From contig LVLI01000185.1 of the NCBI GenBank assembly GCA_001687465.1, positions 1 to 64,000 of the forward strand: DNA of 64,000 nt, given 5' to 3'. Shown here piece by piece: positions 1 through 11,223 of the stretch; within the stretch, counting starts at the first letter, position 1, and each line of letters starts with the position of its first letter. A program made the position numbers and the translations under genes. The notes under the pieces are model-generated. The model saw nothing but the letters and a program-made list of their open reading frames with translations, searched no databases and was not told where the DNA came from. Source of the DNA: Halocafeteria seosinensis (lineage: Eukaryota).

Positions 1-716
1 GGGGGGGGTGTTAAAATTGGGACTACATTGAAACTACTAATTCGGAGACAACGTGCTACTCTCTCGTCAACTCCCAGAAGTTTCAGCACCCTGAGCTGAG
101 TTATTTGCCTCCCAATGGCGTTGATTTGTTTCGTAAGATAGGAAATGCAACAAGCAAATAAGACTGAAGCTGTAAATCGCATGTTTCCTGCCGAATTCGG
201 TGGTGCTTGGCACATGTTGCCAAGCAAGTCTCTGCCCAGTTCTTTCGCTGTTTTTCTTAGCTTTAGAGTTATGTTTATCGTCCAGTTTCTTGAGGCAGCA
301 TACATCATTCTCTCTGTATGGCAATGCCCCTCAGCATGTTGCTAATAGGGCGAATCAACATCGTAATGACCGACAACTCCCAGTTCAGCACCCTGTAGAC
401 AGGAATCCACTATGTCATCGAGCGCTTCAGCCTAAGAAAGCTCCATCAGTGGACCAGTGTTTCAAATCCCCTCCATTTGTTTGCAATGGATTCTCAAGTC
501 TGTCAACCATACCGAGGTCTCAGGTATCGAATTGTAGTCAATCGTACTCGGGACCCGGGTAAAGAAACTCTGCCTCGACAATCATACTCTATGAATTGAG
601 GAGTTTGATAGTAGATAACTCATGTTTTATATTCCCTTTTCTTTGTATTGATTCCTCTCGCAATACTAATACCCTAGACTTGTATCTTCAATGAGCGCGA
701 CAGTGAGCGTGGTGTG

Positions 717-3700
717 ATGGAGGAAAGCAACAGCGTGGAAAGCGTGCAGGCGGCCTTGATGGCCCATGCTCATCAGTGCGCCGTGAACCAAGAAAACAAG
801 ACGATTCGCTCGTATACCACACTCCATGGGGAAGAACAGCAGAAGGACAGGCTGCCAAAGCCTCCTATGGACCCAACGCATTCCTATGTAAGGATGCATG
901 AACTGAATCGAACAGCAGCCGCCGTCCCATGTGCTTGTGTTTTTCAACATGTTACAGGGTATAGAGCTCGGAGTCTCCTCGCCAAGGGAATGGCTGGTCC
1001 CTATTCGAATAGATGTGACGGCTTTGGGGTACAGGTAAGGTTGATCCATTTCTGATGGAGAGTGTGGTAAGGTAACCGGATTTGAACATACTGGGCTTTG
1101 CAGATATAAGGACGTTTTCTTATGGAATCTGTTCGAGGAGCATATGTCTCCTTTGGATTTTGCCGATCAACTTTGTGCTGATTTAGAACTTCCTTCCGCT
1201 ATGGTACAACCAATTGCTCATCACATGGCAGATCAGCTGCTACGCCACTACAGAGAATTCAGGAGTGCTTCAAAGGAATATACGAATGCGAAATCACTCA
1301 AGGAAAAGCATCCGGACGGTGCTTTGATTTCAAGTGTCCCATGGGCGCGTTTTAGTAGCAGCGAGGAACCACAAGTGATACTGGACAGTCTGGTGAATTC
1401 CTTCCGGAGAGATAATAGGGACTTCCTCCAGTCGTTGGGTCTCCGTGTGAGACTATCCGAGAAAGAATACTCAGATCAGTTTTTTTTGGATTTAGGAAAC
1501 ACTGTGGGAACTCGATCTCAAAACAACCCTATTACATTGGTGGAAAAAACATGCTACGAATTGGGGCTCCCTCTACATTATATCCCTGTGCTCTGTGCTG
1601 CACTGTTTGGGCAGATTCACTCGAGAGTGTTCAGTGCTTTACGTTCTGAGTTGTCTGATGTAGCTGATGATCTTAAACTCCTTAAAAGCAGAGGATGCTG
1701 CCTACGGAAGGTGCCAGATAATGGCCCAGTCCTTGCATCTCTTCAGAATCATCAATCGAAACAGATCCCAACCTCAACACTAAACTCTTTCAACGAAGCT
1801 AATGGTTCACGGTCGCACAGATATGAGTTACTGGCACTCGAACATCTTAAGAGCCAACTGGGGGCAAGTGGTCTGCCACTAAATGAAGCGGGCTTGTCCA
1901 ACCAGTATTACAAAGGCAACAGTGGCGCTGCGGCCACGGATGCTTCACGAGGTCTGACCCTTCCTGTATGTGTGGACAAGGAATCTTCTGAGGAAGATTA
2001 CAATTCTGGCCATCGAGTGGTTCTAACAAGGTACAATGAAGACAGGAAGAAGAAGAGGAAAACGTCCAGCAAGGAGGGTAGGATGCGTAGTGAAGAAGGT
2101 GATAGTACTCTGTTGATTATATCGCCCCAAGAACTGATTCCTCTCAATGACTTTCCCAACCGACTGAGGTACCATCAGCTCGCAATAGATGGAGCATTGA
2201 TTGCTCGTATGCGCTTCGCATATATGTTAGGTTCAGACCAAGCGTTAACTGCTGCCGGTGGTGGTTACGGCGTGGGAAACGTTTTATCGCTTAAGAAGTA
2301 TGCCGACAAGAGCTCTTCAGAATATCAGCAAATAGTAGGAGAGAAGCGTCAGAGATCGAACGCCACAGATTTATCTCAAGAAGTCCAAAAGTGCTGGGTT
2401 CACTATAGATCCTCGGAGTTGTCGCATGCTCAGAAAATAATTTTGCACTCTGTGCGTTCAACAGCCGGTAATTGTGCTGCGGAACTTATCGCCTGTCGTG
2501 CACCGTACGCGATAATGGGCGCAGGAGCAGTCCCTGCGAGTCTAGTCCGAGCAATCAAGCTCAACAAACAAATTCCCCTGAATGCCTTGCCGAAAGGGAC
2601 AGTGGAGAAGGGTTTTGGGATCCCGCTACCTGGAGGCCGTGTGGTTACTTCCCAGGGATTCTATGAACGCAGAAAGTCCAGTAAATCTGTTAGGCGCATT
2701 AAGCGCCTATTTCGGAAACGGCTTCGCAAGCAAGAAGGAACCAAGTCTAGTAAGAAGCACAGCGCTTCGAGAGTGGGTCAAAGTCGTGTACTTCCATCTT
2801 CATCATCCGCTGTGACCAACGGGGCCAACGCTCATGGTTCAGGTTTTGCTGATAGTCGCAGCGAAAGTAAGGCAACCCCTACTCAGGAGTCTACGGACGA
2901 AGGAAGCGAGGATGGTAGCGACTCGGATATTTCATGGTTCTACAGTGATGAGAATACCGATGTTAGTTCCACTGATTCCGAGGAGGAGACGGAGGAGGAT
3001 CACTTACTTCTTACGCCTCCCACGGCCAATAATTTGCTATACAGTAATTTGAACAGTGCTTATCTTAGCATAGCCGCTTTGTGTCATTCAGTGGGAGCAG
3101 ATCTTAAGCTGTTAGGGGTAGAGCCCCAAGCAGTTGCGCGTTTAGCGATACGCCAAGCGAGAGGAGGCGGACAAAACAAGGGTGTATCTAGCAGTAGCAC
3201 ACCAACCGGGACAACCCCATTCCAACGAGATTCTGAACATCAGAATGAAAGCAAAGAAGACGATGAGGATGAAAGAGAACAAGAAGAAACATCCTCCTCT
3301 GGTTCATCATCGGGCGACGAAGACACCGAGGAAGAATCGCCTTCGGACTCTCGCGTATCGCTTCCTCCAAAACTTGAAGACACAGACAATGTTTTCGCGG
3401 TTGCTCGAGAAGAAGTTCGTGCTATATACAACGAAATGAACCACACGCAATCATCAGTCCCCAACCTCGGGTATAAAAACAACGGGGCCACCACCACCTC
3501 AGAGGGCAAGACCGTACTAGCAAACGGTACCGTCTTCACTCCAACGTGGGGAACGGAAGGAAACATTAACGCTTACTCGATCTTCACGCGGGACATGTAC
3601 GAACAAATGCCAAAAGACGTTCTTCAATCTGAAGACTTGTCTCGACTTCTCAAAGAAAGTTGGAATAAGCTCTCTTCACTTCAGGTCTGGGCTTACAAGG

Positions 3701-4030
3701 AAAGAGCCCGGTATATGAACACGTATGTTATGTCTCCGCTTTTCTACTATATAAACGCTTCAATTCTTACGTATTGCTCCTGGTTTGAATATGCGATCAT
3801 GCAGTAAAGGTGCTTACATAGTCGTCCCGCCCACGACTGAGTCCTTGCCATTGGAAGTTGGTGGATACTTGCTGTTCATCGCTTGGTATCGGGCCCATCG
3901 CCGTAATGATCAGACAGCACATGTGCAGGCTCGCAGGACATGGAAGGAGTGCAGTCATGCATCCAAGCAAAAGTGGATTAGACTATTTAAACAACTCTGT
4001 GAGAGTGCTACGAAAAAGTCGTCAGGGTAA
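717..4030 (+). CDS. SNF5/SMARCB1-domain chromatin-remodelling protein with C-terminal HMG-box-like domain(s), spliced
   Basis: Removing GT-AG introns at ~888-957 and 1035-1103 joins WLVPIRIDVTALGYR|YKDVFLWNLFEEHMSPLDFADQLCADLELP, which is SNF5 repeat 1. A second repeat follows (LRVRLSEKEYSDQFFLDL...CYELGLP). C-terminal INAYSIFTRDMY...LKESWNKLSSLQVWAYKERAR and, after an intron at ~3723-3805, GGYLLFIAWYR...ARRTWKECSHASKQKW resemble HMG boxes. Confidence 0.8.
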
Positions 4031-5378
4031 CGGTAAAGCCGAACAATACGCCGGTGGCGGCTGTGCCGCCTTTAACCAGGGATGTTGTAACGCATCTTTG
4101 ACACTCATCCGCTCCCGAGGATTGAGGGTCAATAGCTTGTCCAAGAAATCATGTGCTTCCGTGCCCAAGTGAGGAAGGATTGATTGCCATGGGATGGGAT
4201 CTTTGCTCTCAAACTCGTCATACTCGGGCAACCAATCTACATCCTGGGCTACAGCAAAAGGCATACTCGTAGCCAGATATCAATTTGCTTTTTACGAATG
4301 AGTTTGTATTGGTATCTTACCGGCCAGTTCTCCTTGTTAGGAGTGCCACGCAAGCGGAAGATTTGTTTCAGCTGAGTTGTTGGGTCATCTTCGGGAGCTG
4401 CGAATATTGCGCGCCTGTGTGGAAGACACGGAGAGACACATTCCTTGTGAGCGATAGGTATAGCATAGCTCCAGCTGACATAGCATGACTCAATATACCT
4501 TAATAGTATTTCTGCGACAATGCATCCTATGCTCCAGGCGTCCACCTTTTCACCGTACCAATGAGCTCCGAAATACAGTTCCGGCGGCCGATACCAGCTG
4601 TAAATATATTTACGCACAAGTTCATGTTTCCGGCTGACTGCGGGGGGAAATGGTTTCATGATATACTTACGAAGTAATTACTTTGGGATATAGTGACCTA
4701 TCGTCATCTCCAAATTGAGTTGCGTGTCCAAAATCAGCTAGTTTCAGTACACCATTTTCGGTGATCAAGAAATTCTCTGGTTTTAGATCTCGATGCAAGA
4801 ACCATCGATCATGGCAGTAGGCTACGGCGCGAAGCATCATGATGGTGAAACTTTTGGCATGGGCTTCATTCAGAACTCTTCCTGACGACCCCTTTATCAC
4901 CGATAGCAAATCACCGACACAGTACTCGAGAACCATATGAATTTGGTCATTGTAAGGAATGACATCATAAAGCTGAGAAGCAGCACGCAAGCAAGTTACG
5001 TATGAGCGAGGGTCCAAGCAGGGTTAGCTTCATGGACGTACTCGAATAATATTGGGATGATTCAGCTCTCTCATCGCTTGTAGTTCTTTGATGGCACTGA
5101 TGTCAATACCCTGCATAAGGAAAATATGAGCACAGGTATTGTGTGTCCCCTCGAGTTTCCAAGTTGGGAAGTCTTACCTCTTTGAATGACTGTTTCTGCA
5201 CCGATTTGATGGCTACCTGTTTCCCCGTCTTGCTATGTTGGTAGAGATTGACTTCTCCGAAAGCGCCCGAGCCCACTTTCTTGACATGCTTAAAGGCCGC
5301 GAGAGCTTGAATACCGGCTGTATCAATGTCATGGAGGTGTTCCACCAAGGGATGTGTTGCATCAGATTGGGTTGTCAT
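4022..5378 (-). CDS. Cyclin-dependent kinase, CDK7/CDK20-like, multi-exon
   Basis: Kinase motifs across exons: [57 protein letters not shown]. Canonical GT-AG introns. Confidence 0.92.
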
Positions 5379-5472
5379 TTTTTATTTTTTTTATTTTTCT
5401 CCTCATGTACTGCTTCGTTTGAGTCTTTTGTAAAGGTAACAATACTTATCGTGTGCGTAATTATAATTAAGA

Positions 5473-8314
5473 ATGGAGCCTCAGGGAAGTGGATCCTCCT
5501 CCTCCTCGAAGGGGTCGTTGACCATTAACGCTTCCACCACTTATGCCACCCCTATACGGACGCCACAGGGCCAGGGTGGAGGCAGAGGGCACGCCAGCAG
5601 TGAGGATGATGATGTTGGAGACGCTCTGGGGCGTCTCTCGGTTCGGGAACCTTCTCAAACGACAGGGGAAGGGAATGAAGAAGATGTGTTTGAATTCGAC
5701 CCAGAAAAGGAAGACCACAGGGCTGGACAGACGAAGGGACGATTTATCGCTTCGAAAGATGATGACCAAGAAAGAGCGGGCACTACAAGAAAGAGAATGG
5801 AATGCTCCCCTTGGGTCGGCAATCGCTCGGAGAGCGGCGAGCGACAGCCACAATCTAGGAGCAGTGAAGAGGAAGTGACAGACTCTGTGGTGGAGCCAGG
5901 TGTGCCTTTCATGGCAGGAGGTTTGACACCGCAGCATAAAGCGATTTCTCAACAACAAGGTCCTCCATCTTCGGCCGCAAAGAGAGAACCAAAGAGACCC
6001 AACACTTCCAGTACTCCCATCTCCAAGTCGGACTCGTCCTCGTTTTGGTCAGGCGAAACTGAACTTCAGTTTACAGACGGGGGATCCTCGGGTTCGCCGT
6101 TCTGGACCCTATCAGACTCGCATTCTTTAACTCCTTCCAGCTATCCTGAATCTGCCCCTATAAAATTGGCACTCATAGCTTCGCCACAAAGCAGCCAACA
6201 TATCACTGCCGATGATTCCTTTCCTCATCAAGAATCAGTGGAGCGCTGGTTGTCTTTAGTTGGGGCCTGTCCAAACTGGAACGACTCTTCCCTCTCTGGC
6301 TTCACTGATACATACAAACCTCATCTAGGATCTCTGAGGAGGAAGGATTACAGCAACACATGTTGGATTGGTGTTCCCTCCACTAAATCTCTGCACAGCA
6401 AAGACGGGAGTCTGGCGTCGTTTCCGCACATTCCGAGCGTTCAAATCGCGGATGTACTGCGTGTTCATGATTACTCGTATGTGCAACATATAGCAACTAT
6501 GTGTTCACGGTTGGCTTCTAGACTAAATTCAGATATCCCTCGCTCGACTCTAAACGGGAATCCACCAGCAGAAGCACACTCCAATAGCATTACATACAAC
6601 ATTCCCGTAGAGCAAGCATTTCCTGTTTCAGAGAATAAGTCTTTGAAGCATCCTTTGAACGATTGGACACGGTCATTACCTGTTGACTTGCAACCGTTTT
6701 ATGGTCTTCCTGGCAATACATGGGTGGGACAACTCGACAATGATTCGCCAATCAGTGTAGACTCCTGGAACGCAGCTATAGGAGGGGCTTCTGCAGCCAT
6801 TCATGCGGTCGATAACGTAGCTCGTGGGCTTACAAATAGGGCATTCGTTATCAGTCGCCCTCCGGGCCACCATGCCGGACCAAAGGGGTCTGTGGCTCCA
6901 GCAGGATACCACTGCAGACCGTTCAACTGCTCTTCCGGGTTCTGTTTATTTAACAACGTAGCTATCGCTGCGTCTCACGCGCGAGCAGTTTACGGAAGGT
7001 CTGGCACAAACGAGGGAGTTCGCCCTTTGTCGAGAATTGCGATAGTCGACTTCGACATGTGAGTGCTGTCAACCCAACAGCAATGCTAGTGAGCATTTTA
7101 TTGGCATCCTACTTTTGCAGTCACCATGGAAACGGAACCGAAGCTATTATACGAAACTTAAAACCTCACGAAGAGTCGATGCCTCTCCCTGCATCATGGG
7201 GTACCCATCGGTACTACTCATACAAGCCTTGGCTAAATGAAGCAGACGTGAGTAGCCACCGTGTCATTCACGCTGGTTTCAGTTTTACCCATACCAGACG
7301 TGCAAATTCTCACAGGCTAACGAGGTACTCTTTTCATCGATACACATGCATGACGGAGATCTCATGTACCCTGGTTCAGGATCGCAGAATGGGGAGGGGG
7401 AAGCTGCCGAGAGCGTGGCTTCTCAAGATTGTCCTGGAGGGGACTTGTTCGGTGCTCCGCACAATGTGGGTCTGCCTCCGGGGTTCAACAAATGGGCCAG
7501 AGATAAGCACAGACGCGCATATTCAGGAAGCTCGGCTGGAACGCCAGCAGAGGGTGGTATCTTGAATATCCCGTTGCAACCTCATGGTCCCTTTGCCAAT
7601 CTCGAACGTGAAAAGCTAAAGAGTACGGAGAGAAAACGCTTTCAAATGGAAGCACGTAGGGAATTTAGGAAAGCTGTCCGAGAGAAGCTTATACCAGCCC
7701 TCAACGCATTTCAACCGGTAAGCGGAGCGAACCGTCTCCTTCTTCGAGCATTTAGCTGTGCATTGGCCAATTTTGTGCAGGATATTATATTTATTTCTGC
7801 CGGTTTCGATGGTCATACAAGAGACTTTTATTATCATTTAACCTCGGCCGATTATGCCTGGATTACTAAGAAAATCGTACAAGTTGCCAACAAGTGGAGC
7901 CATGGAAGAGTGATAAGTGTCTTAGAGGGGGGTTACAACACCGCCATTCCTCCTCAATTTGATGATGGGGGCGAGAGTTGGGACTTTGGGGAGCTGTGGA
8001 ACCTTCAGCATATACTGCAGAAACCCGAAGACGAGGGGAGAGACTCGGGTGAAGAACTGGGTCCAGGTGGATCTGGACAAGCGGACCCTGCCACGAAACA
8101 GAAGAGAAAACACAAACCGAAACCAAGGCAAAATGCAATGAAGAAATCCGGAAAGAGTGGTAATTCGAAACACCAAGAACCTGTTCCACCTTCCACAGCT
8201 TGTGGAGCGTCGGTCGACCACCCAGACCTGTTACCGGGTTCTATGTTCGGTCTTGGTGATTCCGCCTTTGCCAGGAGTGTTTCCGCACATGTAGAGAGCT
8301 TGTTGAACAACTAG
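5473..8314 (+). CDS. Histone deacetylase family protein (class II-like) with long low-complexity N-terminus
   Basis: RPPGHHA, GFCLFNNVAIA, IVDFD|IHHGNGT (split by an intron), ISAGFDGH and LEGGY are all present. Confidence 0.93.
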
Positions 8315-8805
8315 AAGCAATCTAGTAACAACAGCTTCCTTGGGCTTCACCGATCTACTGCGTATGGCTTTAGTTATGATGTGTGCCTTTATGTACAACG
8401 CGTTGAGGTCGGGACACTGCGGTCGTTACAGGCCAATTGAAGTGAAGTACGGAAATTTTTCCAGAAGCTACAAATTGCATCGCAGAGTAAGCATGGGTAC
8501 TGTCTCGAGAAGCCATACTTAATTATGTGGCTATGCTCCTCTATGGTGCCAAGAGGTTGGATGAGGCCCGGCTGATGTTGGATTTTGCCCCTGCCGTGCA
8601 GCGGAAAACTCATACTCGCTGTGAACAATCGTCATAGACAGCAAATTTTACTTGATTTGAGTTGTCCGATAGCTCATTCATTCCAATAACTCGTTGGAGT
8701 TCATCTTGTTCGAAGACTAGTATATACAACGTAGTTGTTCGCGTTCGGTGATCCAAATACATTTTTACACGGTATTTTCTACTGAGACCAACCACTTAAC
8801 TGAAG

Positions 8806-10422
8806 ATGGGTGAAAGCAAACAAAAACAGCAGAAGCAGCAGATGAGTGCTGTCGGCTTCATCAAGGATTTGCTGGCTGGTGGAATCGCCGGTGGTATTTC
8901 CAAGACTGGTAAGTGTTTGGACAGTGTCCACTTCCAATATCGTTGCTGCCTGTGAGCGCGGTGTTCTCGCATCTCCCTCGCACTGTGCGTCCGCCGGTTT
9001 TGAGTGGTTAAAATGGGCTGAATGGCATAGTACGGAGGCGTCCTATATTTTCCGCTGGAAATCAGTACCTATGCACCCTCTCATGTATGGTGAATATAGG
9101 GCTGCTGAAGCTGAGGAGAGCTTTTTTTCCGATAGAACACCAGCGTCGTTCACGCTTTTTGGAGGGCTGACTCCGATGGAAAATATGCATGATTGTATGG
9201 TCGGCTGCGACCGAAGTCTTACGGCCGCGTATATACATCGCATTTTCCATGAAGGGGCGGTGTAAGCTATAATGAGGGGGTCGGTATAGCTTCCCATCGT
9301 GGGGTTGAACTCTAGCTTGCGCTTTAGGGGAAAGGCATTCTGACACTCAGCGGGTATGGGCGAGAGTTCCCCGAGATGGGTTCCTTTTTCTTTTTTGATC
9401 CAAGTACGTTCCCCTTTTCCGAAAGACCTTCTCCAACGGTACACGCCAGGGGAGGAGACCGGGGAAGTTGGATCCCTTGACCTTTTTTGTAGTTTTCGGG
9501 AGAGCAGGCACCCGTGCTGCAGTGCCGCTGCTTGACTTCAGTTCTGACTCACTGCCCCTTCGCTCAACTTGTATGACCCGCAGCCGTAGCACCAATTGAG
9601 CGGGTAAAGCTGCTCTTGCAAGTGCAGTACTCCAACCCTCATATTCCTGAAGAAGAAAGATACAAAGGCATCCTCGATGCATTCCGCCGCCTCCCCAAAG
9701 AGCAAGGATTTACCTCACTGTGGCGAGGCAACACCGCCAATGTGATCAGGTACTTCCCCACCCAGGCTCTGAACTTTGCATTCAAGGATTCTTATCAAAA
9801 GATCTTCTTGGGAGGTGTAGACAAAGAAACGCAGAAAATGAAATATTTCTTGGGAAATCTCGCTTCGGGTGGTGCCGCTGGTGGTACTTCTCTCTTTGTA
9901 GTCTACCCGCTTGACTTCGCCCGTACCCGTTTGGCTGCCGATGTTGGAAAGGAAGCCGGAGAAAGAGAATTTGCCGGCCTGATGGATTGCATGAAGAAAA
10001 TTTTCAAGAACGATGGCTTCACTGGCCTGTACCAAGGATTCGGTGTTTCTCTCACTGGGATCATTGTATACCGCGCTGCTTTCTTCGGAGGATTCGACAC
10101 CGCCAAGGGAATGCTTTTCAAGGATCCCAAGAACGCCAACTTCTTCCTCTCATGGATGGTTGCGCAAACCGTTACTACTGCCTCGGGAGTGATCTCTTAC
10201 CCCTTCGACACCATCCGTAGAAGAATGATGATGATGTCTGGACGTGAGCAATCTACCCGGGACTACAAAAACACACTTGATTGCGCAGTCAAGATCATGA
10301 AGAACGAGGGGCCTTCTGCCTTCTTCAAAGGAGCATTCTCCAACATCTTACGTGGAACCGGTGGTGCATTAGTCTTGGTCATCTATGACGAGTTTAAGAA
10401 GCTCATGTACGCTGGCGCTTAA
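8806..10422 (+). CDS. ANT: Mitochondrial ADP/ATP carrier (adenine nucleotide translocase); exon 1 8806-8908, exon 2 9584-10422
   Basis: Exon 1 MGESKQ...[17 protein letters not shown] joins in frame to [53 protein letters not shown] and the RRRMMM signature are present. Confidence 0.97.
8909..9583 (+). other. 675-nt GT-AG intron of the ADP/ATP carrier gene containing many inverted repeats (candidate structured RNA)
   Basis: GTAAGT donor at 8909 and CGCAG acceptor ending at 9583 restore the ANT frame. Multiple complementary segment pairs are listed in the findings. Confidence 0.85.
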
Positions 10423-10612
10423 AGAATGCGCTATTCGTTCTCATTTTCAAGCCAGCATTGCTATTTTGGTACACTTGGTCCTGTAGAAAATACACACGAA
10501 GTCTTCGTTCCAGTACTTTGCCTTGGGACCAATCATCAGTGACGCTTCAACATTTCGCAGATTCCTCAACGTCCTGTTGATCATCCAACTGCCACAGCTC
10601 CGGCATCAGCTG

Positions 10613-10963
10613 TTATCTTTGTTGTTCTTCGGAGCCGTTGTTATCTGTAGTCCCTAATTTCCTTCGCTCTTCCTCCAAAGTTTTCTCTTCCTCTCCACGT
10701 ACGGCTGCAGGTCGTTCCGAGCTGAACATGTCATGACCTTCCCTTGAGGACTTTCCTGCAATTAGTCAGGAAACAGACACCGTCAATTGTATTAGATCCG
10801 CTATTAAGTTCACTCAAGGCAAAAACATCTCTGACGTACCCCATACTGGGTAAGCGCAAATTCCACCAATGATGACAACGCCAAGAGCCACTTTTTGTGA
10901 ATCTGAGAGCACTTTGCTCTCGACCATTTGCATCACTATGCGGCTCACTCTTCCTCCCAACAT
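10613..10963 (-). CDS. Small (~88 aa) single-TM hypothetical protein, two exons; absent from the ORF track
   Basis: MLGGRVSRIVMQMVESKVLSDSQKVALGVVIIGGICAYPVW G|GTACGT...CTAATTGCAG|GA KSSREGHDMFSSERPAAVRGEEEKTLEEERRKLGTTDNNGSEEQQR*. Phase-compatible intron at ~10756-10839. Confidence 0.7.
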
Positions 10964-11223
10964 CCTAGTGGGGATTTTGGTTTTTTATAACACTAACGGA
11001 ACGTAACATATCAACCAGCGCAGACACTTGCAGGACGCATGTGCATTGCATGCACGATGCATCAGCTGAATAGTTCAAGAAAAGATTGTTTGATACGGCA
11101 TTTATTCGATGTCCCATGCATCTGCGCGCTTCCATGACACGAAGACTCGTCGAAGAGGTCAGTACTGAATAATGTGATTTTTGTTGTATTATTTTCGATT
11201 AATCTCCGAAGCGTAGTGAATAG

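Noticed and set aside
9100..9175. GCTGAG/GGGCTGA segments suggestive of a TPP riboswitch
   Set aside because: Lacks the CUGAGA...ACCUGAU...GNUAAU...CGNAGG core.
8846..9682. ORFs of 94-139 aa on both strands inside the ANT intron
   Set aside because: No recognisable domains (no homing endonuclease or RT motifs). The flanking exons join perfectly through a spliceosomal GT-AG intron.
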